Source of the DNA: Escherichia coli
GTDB lineage: Bacteria > Pseudomonadota > Gammaproteobacteria > Enterobacterales > Enterobacteriaceae
Length of the DNA stretch: 64,000 nucleotides
NCBI RefSeq assembly: GCF_050920415.1
Contig: NZ_CP169309.1
Strand: one strand, 5' to 3'
Shown: in pieces, positions 55,544 through 64,000 of the stretch
How the letters are laid out: every line of letters begins with the position of its first letter
Position numbering within the stretch: position 1 is the first letter of the stretch
The notes under the pieces: generated by a model
Databases searched by the model: none
Told to the model about the DNA's origin: nothing
Seen by the model: only the letters and a program-made list of their open reading frames with translations
Translations under genes and position numbers: made by a program

Positions 55544-56126
55544 CTTTATCAATGACTTATCTCCCGACTTCCCGCCTTGCTTTTCCTAAACAGAACAATC
55601 GTAGAATATTCTTGAAGGGTTAGATCGTCACTGTTTTCTGTTCGATACTGTGACATTCAGCACTTGATTCGCTATGGATCAGACAGGAAGGTTTCGAGCG
55701 AAAATCTACTGTTATTCAGTCGTTTTCTTATCGGTCACCATTATTCTTCTCATCTTATGCTTTAGATATTGATCCTATGAAACCGATGTTACGTTAGTGG
55801 GCGGGAACTGAAGTTACGGAGTAAAAGGGTTAATAATTGAGCCAAAAAAGGAACGCGGCCGTCAGATTAAAGCCGCGGGACAAAGTCCATAATTTCCAAG
55901 AGTTGTTGAATTTCCCAGCTTTTTTGAAAGCCTTTGTATCATACTAACAAGTAAAAAAGGTTTAAATACCAAAATTAACCTGTATTTTTGATAAGTCTTA
56001 CCATTGTACGATTTACACAGTTTCTGCTCCTCCTTGTTGATAGTGGAAAGAGTGCGGTATGCACTTGCGTAAACATTTATGATGCGTTGATGTCCAGGGT
56101 TCACATTTCCTTGTCAGGGGATCGAC

Positions 56127-56657
56127 TTATTTGTGGCGAGGCATCATTCGTAACAGAGTATTATCTTTCTGAATGTAATGATGAAAGAGCGCTGCGCCAG
56201 CGTGGGCTGCGATTAAAAAGTAACCTATGTTCGCCCAGGTTTCGTGAATATTTTTTATCAATGCTTTAATTTCACTGTTTGGGGTAACAAAAGGCGGCAC
56301 ATTGAAACCAAGGAAACTCCACGATTTTCCACTATAAGCCATTAAAGCAATCCCCAACAGTGGAAGCGCAAGGAAGGTTATATAAAGCATGATGTGCATT
56401 AGCGAAGCCGCTTTCATTTGCCAGGCAGGTGGCGGTGGCACAATAGAGGGATCACTATAACGGTGTTTTATTATAAGGCGTGAAAACATTAACACCCAAA
56501 CGAAGATACCCGCATTGTAATGTGTTTCACGCATCAACAGATAAGTATTACTACCTTTGGGAAACCAGCCACGGAGTTCCATTGCGGCATAAGTGATTGC
56601 AATGAAAAGCAGCGTTATCCAGTGTAAATAAATTTGAGTTTTTGAGAATCGATTCAT
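56127..56657 (-). CDS. yodB: Cytochrome b561 family protein.
   Basis: The product starts MNRFSKTQIYLHWITLLFIAITYAAMELRGWFP, ends NTLLRMMPRHK and is about 176 aa. Confidence 0.85.
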   Translation of the reverse strand: MNRFSKTQIYLHWITLLFIAITYAAMELRGWFPKGSNTYLLMRETHYNAGIFVWVLMFSRLIIKHRYSDPSIVPPPPAWQMKAASLMHIMLYITFLALPLLGIALMAYSGKSWSFLGFNVPPFVTPNSEIKALIKNIHETWANIGYFLIAAHAGAALFHHYIQKDNTLLRMMPRHK

Positions 56658-57001
56658 TTTTATAGCTCCTGTAATTTTCACAGTCAAGCTATCCCACGAA
56701 CCTTAAAAATACCTTATACAGATGTGGTTTTAAGAATTTGTTATTTAAAAAATTGAAAAGGGTAAATTGTGAACAGTCAATATAAGCAATTGCCTGCGCC
56801 CAGTTATCTTACGCTGTTGGCAGTATTGTATATGGAGTCCGTTATTGATTAACCCTATGAGGGCTTGCTTATTAAGATGCAGACACGTCATAGCGATGAG
56901 CGTGTCTGCAGCTACCTTGCATTCAGTGGCGTTTGTGGATGGACCTGTGGCTGCTATGATAACTTAATAAAAACGGCATCGAGACGCTATTCATGGAAGA
57001 C

Positions 57002-57652
57002 TCAATGAGACATCATCTCCTCGACCACTTCTTCGCTACTCAACTGATAGGGATAATACGTTGGCCAGTTTTCCATTTCATTCAATAAAGATTGCTGTGA
57101 ATCATTACCCATAAAAATGTGAAAATGAGATGATTTTCGTGGTGCAATTATATGATCGCTAAATTGTATATATTTAGGGGCTTTGCTTTCAGGATCTTTA
57201 CATTCGAATAAGTAACGAACGCCTTTCTTGCCTGATTTATAGGTGAGTATTTTGTAGCCATCGTAATCATATTTACAGGATGTAGTTTCGTTATTTATAT
57301 GGAATTCAATAATGCCGTCCTCAATACCAATCATTTCGATATCTGTCGAGTAGCCTTTCTGATAATAATCTTTAACTTCTGCGAATGTTTTGGTTTTATC
57401 TGCATTCGCTTTCTTTCGAAAGACGGGGTCAAGCTTGCCATTTTGCAGTAAGGGATAAACGGATTGCCAGACTCCATCCCAGTCACTGAGCGTTCGGTTT
57501 TGTACATTGGCATCATCAAAAACACCGTTAGCCGCTTTTTGTTCGACCTCTGTTAAGGGTTTGCCGTGTGAGTGATGACCATGCGAAAAGGCAGGAGCGC
57601 TAACAATAAAGACACCTAAAGCAATAGCCAGTTTATTAAGACGAATCGCCAA
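57002..57652 (-). CDS. zinT: Periplasmic zinc/cadmium-binding protein ZinT.
   Basis: The 216-aa product has an N-terminal His-rich HGHHSHG motif. Confidence 0.92.
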   Translation of the reverse strand: MAIRLNKLAIALGVFIVSAPAFSHGHHSHGKPLTEVEQKAANGVFDDANVQNRTLSDWDGVWQSVYPLLQNGKLDPVFRKKANADKTKTFAEVKDYYQKGYSTDIEMIGIEDGIIEFHINNETTSCKYDYDGYKILTYKSGKKGVRYLFECKDPESKAPKYIQFSDHIIAPRKSSHFHIFMGNDSQQSLLNEMENWPTYYPYQLSSEEVVEEMMSH

Positions 57653-57685
57653 AACAGTTTCCTCCAGAGTTATTGTACATGACGT

Positions 57686-57706
57686 GTTATGTTATATTGT
57701 AACATA
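57686..57706 (-). promoter_or_regulatory. Candidate Zur box in the zinT promoter.
   Basis: The palindrome TGTTATATTGTAACA (arms ATGTTA / TAACAT) lies about 35-55 bp upstream of the zinT ATG. It resembles the Zur consensus TGTTATA-N-TATAACA. Confidence 0.5.
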
Positions 57707-57843
57707 TGACGAAATGCAATAACTCTTAGGAAACAAGAGCATAGTTTTCTCAGGTGTATTTACCTATCTTATTGAAATGAAATAAATTATGTCGATGATT
57801 TGAGGTTGATGACAAACGAAACATAACTTGATGCGATCTGTGT

Positions 57844-57877
57844 GGGCCGGATAAGGCGCTCACACCGCATCCGGCAG
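57844..57877. repeat. REP element.
   Basis: The sequence gggccggataaggcgctcacaccgcatccggcag. Confidence 0.45.
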
Positions 57878-57908
57878 GGATAACGCGTACTTTGTCGGCA
57901 ATATGAAG

Positions 57909-58544
57909 TTATAGAGATGATTTGTTGTGAACCTGCTTGCGTAATCGGTTGAAAAGGGAAAGTAGCTTTTTATACCGTAAGGCTAAAAGCAGTACAGCCA
58001 GCCCAGCGTAGATGAGTGGCTGCGGTGAAATAATCTTCACTGACCACAGATAATGTATTGGAGCCAGGATCGCGACAAGATAGACGAAGTTATGCAACTG
58101 TTGCCAGTGTTTGCCGAGTTTTCGCTGCATCGCCTGGGTTGAAGTGAACGCTAAAGCAAGCAAAATTACCCAACTAATAATACCTAACGTTAAATAAGGT
58201 CGGGTGATTAACTCCTTGCCTAATAACGCCAGATTATTCACGCCCAGCTCCAGTAATGCGTAACTGGTTAAATGCAGTGTCGCCCAGGCAAAGCACCATA
58301 AGCCTAACAGGCGTCGAGTCCGCATCAATAACGGCTGTTTTGCGTAACGTGCCAGAGGTGTAATTAACAAGGTCGCCAGCAAAAATTTCAGTGCAGTGCG
58401 TCCGGTAAAATGCTGAATATCTTTCACCGGATCGGCTCCTAGTCCACCGTGATTGATCGCCCAGGCAAGCCAGAGCAACGGCAACAATCCGGCAAGATGC
58501 AGGCAAAGTTTTAGCCATGTCACCTGTTTTGCTGTCAGACGCAT
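57909..58544 (-). CDS. msrQ: Methionine-sulfoxide reductase haem-binding membrane subunit.
   Basis: The 211-aa product starts [31 protein letters not shown]. Confidence 0.92.
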   Translation of the reverse strand: MRLTAKQVTWLKLCLHLAGLLPLLWLAWAINHGGLGADPVKDIQHFTGRTALKFLLATLLITPLARYAKQPLLMRTRRLLGLWCFAWATLHLTSYALLELGVNNLALLGKELITRPYLTLGIISWVILLALAFTSTQAMQRKLGKHWQQLHNFVYLVAILAPIHYLWSVKIISPQPLIYAGLAVLLLALRYKKLLSLFNRLRKQVHNKSSL

Positions 58545-59555
<1,011 letters not shown>

Positions 59556-59651
59556 TCACACTGTTTTGTCGTTAACCAGTAAGAGATTGTTAATCTGTCA
59601 GGGAGTCTCCTCCCTAACAGTAGCAGAGATCTGCTTTTACATATTTACGCA

Positions 59652-60065
59652 TTAACTGCCACGATAGGTTGAATACCCATATTGGCTAAGTAACAAAGGT
59701 ACATGATAATGCTCGTTCACTTTATTAATTTGAAACTCAACAGGGATCTCAGGGAAGAAACTTTCAAGATTTTGTTTCTTAAAATATTCTCCAGTTTTAA
59801 ATACAACACGGTAATCGCCCGTGGTTGCAGTTTGCTCGGGCCACAGTGCCTTGATTCGTCCATCCTTATCTGTTTTGGCGGTATTAAGTTGTAACCAGCC
59901 GTTATCCGCTTTCTTTTCCAGAGTGACTGTCACGTCGGCAGCGGGTTTTCCTGTTTGCTGGTTCAAAATGTGCACGCTAAGAATGTTTTGTTGTGCGGCA
60001 TAAACCAAAGAAGGTAATGAAAATGCAGCCGTTGCAACCGAGAGTAGTAAATAACGCTTTAACAT
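59652..60065 (-). CDS. hiuH: 5-hydroxyisourate hydrolase (transthyretin-like).
   Basis: The product is 137 aa and ends YRGS. Confidence 0.9.
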   Translation of the reverse strand: MLKRYLLLSVATAAFSLPSLVYAAQQNILSVHILNQQTGKPAADVTVTLEKKADNGWLQLNTAKTDKDGRIKALWPEQTATTGDYRVVFKTGEYFKKQNLESFFPEIPVEFQINKVNEHYHVPLLLSQYGYSTYRGS

Positions 60066-60197
60066 GTTTATATCCTTGTCATGTGAATGAGTTTTGAGGA
60101 TAGCGAAAAAACGTCTGTGATAACCTTACAGAAGCATTACAATTTTGTAATGAACCAGGCTGTTTCTATAACATATGATTTATGGCATATTATTTTC

Positions 60198-60869
60198 ATG
60201 AAGATTCTACTTATTGAAGATAATCAAAGGACCCAGGAATGGGTAACGCAGGGGCTTTCAGAAGCAGGTTATGTCATTGATGCGGTTTCTGATGGCAGAG
60301 ATGGGCTTTATCTTGCGCTGAAGGATGATTATGCATTGATCATTCTGGATATTATGCTTCCGGGTATGGATGGCTGGCAGATCTTACAAACGTTACGAAC
60401 GGCAAAGCAAACCCCCGTTATTTGCCTTACAGCAAGGGATTCTGTCGATGACAGAGTCAGAGGGCTGGACAGTGGGGCAAATGATTATCTGGTAAAACCT
60501 TTTTCATTTTCTGAGTTGCTGGCGAGGGTTCGGGCACAATTAAGGCAACATCATGCGCTGAATTCAACATTAGAAATCAGCGGATTAAGAATGGACTCTG
60601 TCAGCCAAAGTGTGAGCAGGGACAATATCAGTATTACACTGACGCGCAAGGAGTTTCAGTTACTTTGGCTACTGGCCTCCAGAGCTGGCGAAATTATACC
60701 CAGAACGGTTATTGCGAGTGAAATTTGGGGAATCAATTTCGATAGTGATACTAATACGGTGGATGTCGCTATTCGCAGGCTCCGCGCAAAAGTTGATGAT
60801 CCTTTTCCTGAAAAGCTAATCGCTACAATCCGGGGAATGGGGTATTCATTTGTAGCGGTAAAAAAATAA
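60198..60869 (+). CDS. hprR: OmpR-family response regulator.
   Basis: The product starts MKILLIEDNQRTQEWVTQGLSEAGY and is about 223 aa. The upstream ORF extension is rejected. Confidence 0.9.
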   Translation: MKILLIEDNQRTQEWVTQGLSEAGYVIDAVSDGRDGLYLALKDDYALIILDIMLPGMDGWQILQTLRTAKQTPVICLTARDSVDDRVRGLDSGANDYLVKPFSFSELLARVRAQLRQHHALNSTLEISGLRMDSVSQSVSRDNISITLTRKEFQLLWLLASRAGEIIPRTVIASEIWGINFDSDTNTVDVAIRRLRAKVDDPFPEKLIATIRGMGYSFVAVKK

Positions 60870-62227
60870 TGAAAAGATTATCTATAACCGTCCGTTTAAC
60901 CTTGCTTTTTATATTGCTACTGTCTGTCACTGGCGCTGGAATTGTCTGGACTCTCTATAATGGCCTGGCAAGTGAGTTGAAATGGCGCGATGATACAACA
61001 CTCATTAACCGGACAGCGCAGATCAAGCAGTTGTTAATTGATGGGGTAAATCCAGATACGTTACCTGTGTACTTTAACCGGATGATGGATGTTAGTCAGG
61101 ATATCTTGATCATTCATGGTGATGGCATCAATAAAATTGTTAACCGGACGAATGTCAGTGATGATATGTTAAATAACATACCTACGACTGAGGCAATCAG
61201 TGCAGCTGGCATTTACAGAAGCATTATTAATGACACAGAGATAGATGCTTTACGAATTAACATTGATGAAATTTCGCCATCATTAACGGTTACTGTGGCT
61301 AAATTGGCTTCAGCCAGACATAACATGCTTGAACAGTATAAAATTAATAGCATTATAATTTGCATCGTCGCCATTATACTGTGCTCAGTATTAAGTCCGC
61401 TGTTAATCAGAACGGGATTACGAGAGATCAAAAAGTTGAGTGGGGTAACGGAAGCATTAAATTATAACGACACCCGAGAGCCTGTTGAGGTTATCGCACT
61501 ACCGAGTGAATTAAAACCTCTTGGTCAGGCGTTGAATAAAATGCACCATGCTTTAGTAAAAGATTTTGAGCGCCTTAGCCAATTTGCTGACGATCTCGCT
61601 CATGAACTTAGAACGCCAATTAATGCATTACTGGGTCAGAATCAGGTGACGCTCAGTCAAACCCGAAGTATCGCTGAGTATCAAAAAACAATTGCCGGAA
61701 ACATTGAAGAGCTGGAAAATATTTCGCGGTTAACAGAGAATATACTGTTTCTTGCCAGAGCAGATAAAAGCAATGTTTTGGTGAAACTGGATTCGCTCTC
61801 TCTTAACAAGGAAATTGGGAATTTGTTAGACTATCTGGAATACCTTTCAGAAGAGAAAGAGATTCGTTTTCAGGTCGAGTGCAATCAGCAAATCTTTGCG
61901 GATGAAATTTTACTTCAACGAATGTTATCGAATCTTATTGTTAACGCCATTCGATATTCACCAGAAAAATCGTGCATTCATATAACCAGTTTTCTTGATG
62001 CCAACGGCTCTCTTAATATTGATATCGCCAGCCCTGGATCGAAAATTAATGAGCCGGAAAAACTCTTCCGTAGATTTTGGCGGGGAGATAATTCGCGTCA
62101 TTCTGCAGGTCAGGGGCTTGGCCTTTCTTTAGTCAAAGCAATTGCCGAATTGCATGGGGGAAGTGCTACGTATCACTATTTAAATCAACATAATGTGTTC
62201 CGTATTACGTTACCGCAAAGAAATTAA
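60869..62227 (+). CDS. hprS: Sensor histidine kinase.
   Basis: The product is 452 aa with the H-box HELRTPINAL and an HATPase_c domain. Confidence 0.9.
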   Translation: MKRLSITVRLTLLFILLLSVTGAGIVWTLYNGLASELKWRDDTTLINRTAQIKQLLIDGVNPDTLPVYFNRMMDVSQDILIIHGDGINKIVNRTNVSDDMLNNIPTTEAISAAGIYRSIINDTEIDALRINIDEISPSLTVTVAKLASARHNMLEQYKINSIIICIVAIILCSVLSPLLIRTGLREIKKLSGVTEALNYNDTREPVEVIALPSELKPLGQALNKMHHALVKDFERLSQFADDLAHELRTPINALLGQNQVTLSQTRSIAEYQKTIAGNIEELENISRLTENILFLARADKSNVLVKLDSLSLNKEIGNLLDYLEYLSEEKEIRFQVECNQQIFADEILLQRMLSNLIVNAIRYSPEKSCIHITSFLDANGSLNIDIASPGSKINEPEKLFRRFWRGDNSRHSAGQGLGLSLVKAIAELHGGSATYHYLNQHNVFRITLPQRN

Positions 62228-62334
62228 CCTATGGCTTCAGTACGCCACAGGTTAACCGTGAAAAAACGCAGCCACGCCGTGAGTACTCACGTGGCTGCGA
62301 TTGATTATGCGCTTACATTACAATGTAACAGGGA

Positions 62335-63186
62335 TTAACCCACGTAAGCTGCCAGCATTTCCTGTGCTGCCAGTTTACCCAACGCATTCGCTGCGAAAGG
62401 ACTGTCGCCGGTGAGAACTTTACGGTCCTTATGTACTCGCCCGGTGATGTCGTCATTAATGATGTTCATGCCCATTTTCTTCAGCTCTTCGCCGAAGTAC
62501 CAGGTGAGATGACCCGGCATATAGCCAATATCTGGCGTTTGTTTGTCTGCGGCGTCTGGGAATGCGCAAATGGAATAACCGTTCAGTGGGTTATCGCCGT
62601 GGCGAAGCGCCAGAAATGCCGCCGGGCCGTGGCAAAGGGAGATAACAAAACGGTTATTTTTGATTGCCCACTGCAAAGCGTTAGCCACGTCCTGGCTTTC
62701 AGGTAAACCAATAAGTGCGCCATGACCACCAGGAACAAAGATTGCTGCATATTCGCTGTCAGCATTGAGGCTGGCGACAATATCCGCGAGTTTCTTCGGA
62801 TTGCGGAACAACGATTTATGCTGCTCAAAGAACGGCATTACCTTTTCATCTTTGTGTGGCATAGCCCAGTATTCAAACTTGGTCATCAGGCCGGAAATGG
62901 TCGCCACTTCGAATTCGAAACCTGCCGCATGGAGATGATACAACGGCAGCAACGTTTCAATCGGATGATTACCGGTTGAGAACAATTTGCCATTGTCGGT
63001 CGGCAAATAACGTTCGTCCGCGGCGATCACCAGAATTTTGTGTTTACCGCGATACGGTTTTGGATAGTCCACGCCATCAAGATCAGAGACAGGACTGGTA
63101 TATTGGCTAAGCGAATATTCTGAAGGGAAGAATGCATTATCTTCAGCAGTATCGACCTGCGGATCTTTACTTTTTTGAACAGTCAT
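62335..63186 (-). CDS. hchA: Hsp31 chaperone / glyoxalase III (DJ-1/PfpI family).
   Basis: The 283-aa product starts MTVQKSKDPQVDTAEDNAFFPSEYSLSQYTSP. Confidence 0.92.
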   Translation of the reverse strand: MTVQKSKDPQVDTAEDNAFFPSEYSLSQYTSPVSDLDGVDYPKPYRGKHKILVIAADERYLPTDNGKLFSTGNHPIETLLPLYHLHAAGFEFEVATISGLMTKFEYWAMPHKDEKVMPFFEQHKSLFRNPKKLADIVASLNADSEYAAIFVPGGHGALIGLPESQDVANALQWAIKNNRFVISLCHGPAAFLALRHGDNPLNGYSICAFPDAADKQTPDIGYMPGHLTWYFGEELKKMGMNIINDDITGRVHKDRKVLTGDSPFAANALGKLAAQEMLAAYVG

Positions 63187-63688
63187 AGTGTATTCCTTGT
63201 TGTTGCTTAGTTAGGTTAGTCACTATATTTGCGACTGAGCTGGTCGCTATTTTTAACCAGGCTGGAAAATTGAGTCAATATATCGAAAGCGGTAGGCGAC
63301 GAGGGAAAATATGTAATGATGATGCTGCACTGATGTTGAATGTTTCTCACGCCAAATTTTCCTTTTTGAGTCATGTGGTCACAAGTGACTTCAATGATTT
63401 TAGACCATTATTAGAGGTCTGGGACGACGATGAGAGATTTAGTGCTATGGAATATTGTTATTCTGTTGAATATTTATATCCCGGACTGCTATAGAAAAGG
63501 CTTTTTTTATGCACTATTTTTGCAAATATTTTTATATGGGAGGCGGTTTTGTTGCGGATTAATTCATAAAGAAATGCATTTGGGGTGGCTGGAAGAGTCG
63601 CTGGTAGATGTTATTGTGCCAGGAGGGGCAGGGTAAGGTGCTGTATCGATATGTTTGGCAATTGCGTGTGCCGTAGATGGAGATGAAA

Positions 63689-64000
63689 TGATCTTACCCA
63701 GTAATAGTGGACACTCGGATAAGTGAGTAAACTCTCAGTCAGAGGTGACTCACATGACAAAATCTGTATCAACCAGCAAAAAAGCACGTAAACAACATTC
63801 GCCTGAATTTCGCAGTGAAGCCCTGAAACTTGCTGAACGCATCGGTGTGCTGCCGCAGCCCGTGAACTCAGCCTGTATGAATCACAGCTCTACAACTGGC
63901 GCAGTAAACAGCAACATCAGCAGACTTCTTATGAACGTGAGCTGGAGATGCCCACCGGGGTTGCACGTCTCAAACGCCAGCTGGCAGAGCGGGATGAAGA
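63689..64000 (+). mobile_element. IS3-like element (IS3 family), 5' end only, truncated by the window edge.
   Basis: The left inverted repeat is TGATCTTACCCAGTAATAGTGGACAC. orfA starts at 63754 and reads MTKSVSTSKKARKQHSPEFRSEALKLAERIGV. Confidence 0.8.
63754..64000 (+). pseudogene. IS3-like orfA with an apparent -1 nt frameshift after about codon 33.
   Basis: Frame 1 gives ...AERIGV and then nonsense up to a TGA. The +1-shifted frame continues as a typical InsE: AAARELSLYESQLYNWRSKQQHQQTSYERELEMPTGVARLKRQLAERDEE. Confidence 0.5.

Noticed and set aside
63190-63688. Short ORFs 63270-63494 and 63430-63636 between hchA and the IS3-like element.
   Set aside because: There is no recognisable similarity. 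It is probably remnant non-coding or promoter sequence of the locus that the IS disrupted. The region is too short and AT-rich to call.

Overview
This is an Escherichia/Shigella-type chromosomal segment. It is collinear with the E. coli K-12 44-45 min region, in reverse orientation relative to K-12 coordinates, but it is clearly not K-12. The gene order is as follows.

- An AT-rich 3' end of an O-antigen cluster with a frameshifted sulfatase-family gene.
- gnd, ugd and wzzB.
- The complete his operon (hisIE, F, A, H, B, C, D, G) with the hisL leader and attenuator.
- yeeZ, yeeY and plaP, convergent with sbcB.
- dacD, sbmC, yeeA and yeeX.
- A eutP/pduV-like pseudogene remnant.
- cobU, cobS and cobT.
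- ldtA (erfK), disrupted by a complete 1310-bp IS629-type IS3-family element.
- asnV, nac, cbl, asnU, yeeO, asnW (inverted), yeeN, amn and shiA.
- An apparently intact yeeL (GT9 glycosyltransferase).
- A 2662-aa YeeJ inverse-autotransporter adhesin with an internal 2 x 609-bp tandem duplication.
- An approximately 8.3-kb islet between yeeJ and tRNA-Asn asnT.
- mtfA, serU (tRNA-Ser), yodB, zinT (with a Zur box), msrQ, msrP, hiuH, hprR, hprS and hchA.
- The 5' end of an IS3-like element with a frameshifted orfA.

The most interesting content is the islet at asnT. It is bounded by the tRNA and a 21-bp direct repeat of the tRNA 3' end. It carries a decayed P4-type integrase. Its cargo is a LysR regulator divergent from a tightly overlapped 5-gene operon:

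- a cysteine-hydrolase (isochorismatase family) protein,
- a HypE paralogue with a C-terminal PRLC cysteine,
- a full four-domain HypF carbamoyltransferase paralogue,
- a HAD phosphatase,
- an MFS transporter.

There is no hydrogenase or HypC/HypD context. I interpret this as a candidate carbamoyl/cyano-group-transfer small-molecule pathway that, as far as I can tell, is uncharacterised.

Several K-12 accessory loci are absent at their expected positions: yefM-yoeB, yeeD-yeeE and CP4-44. No CRISPR array was seen. Coordinates that I derived by hand (tRNAs, IS ends, repeats, terminators) may be off by 1-2 nt.
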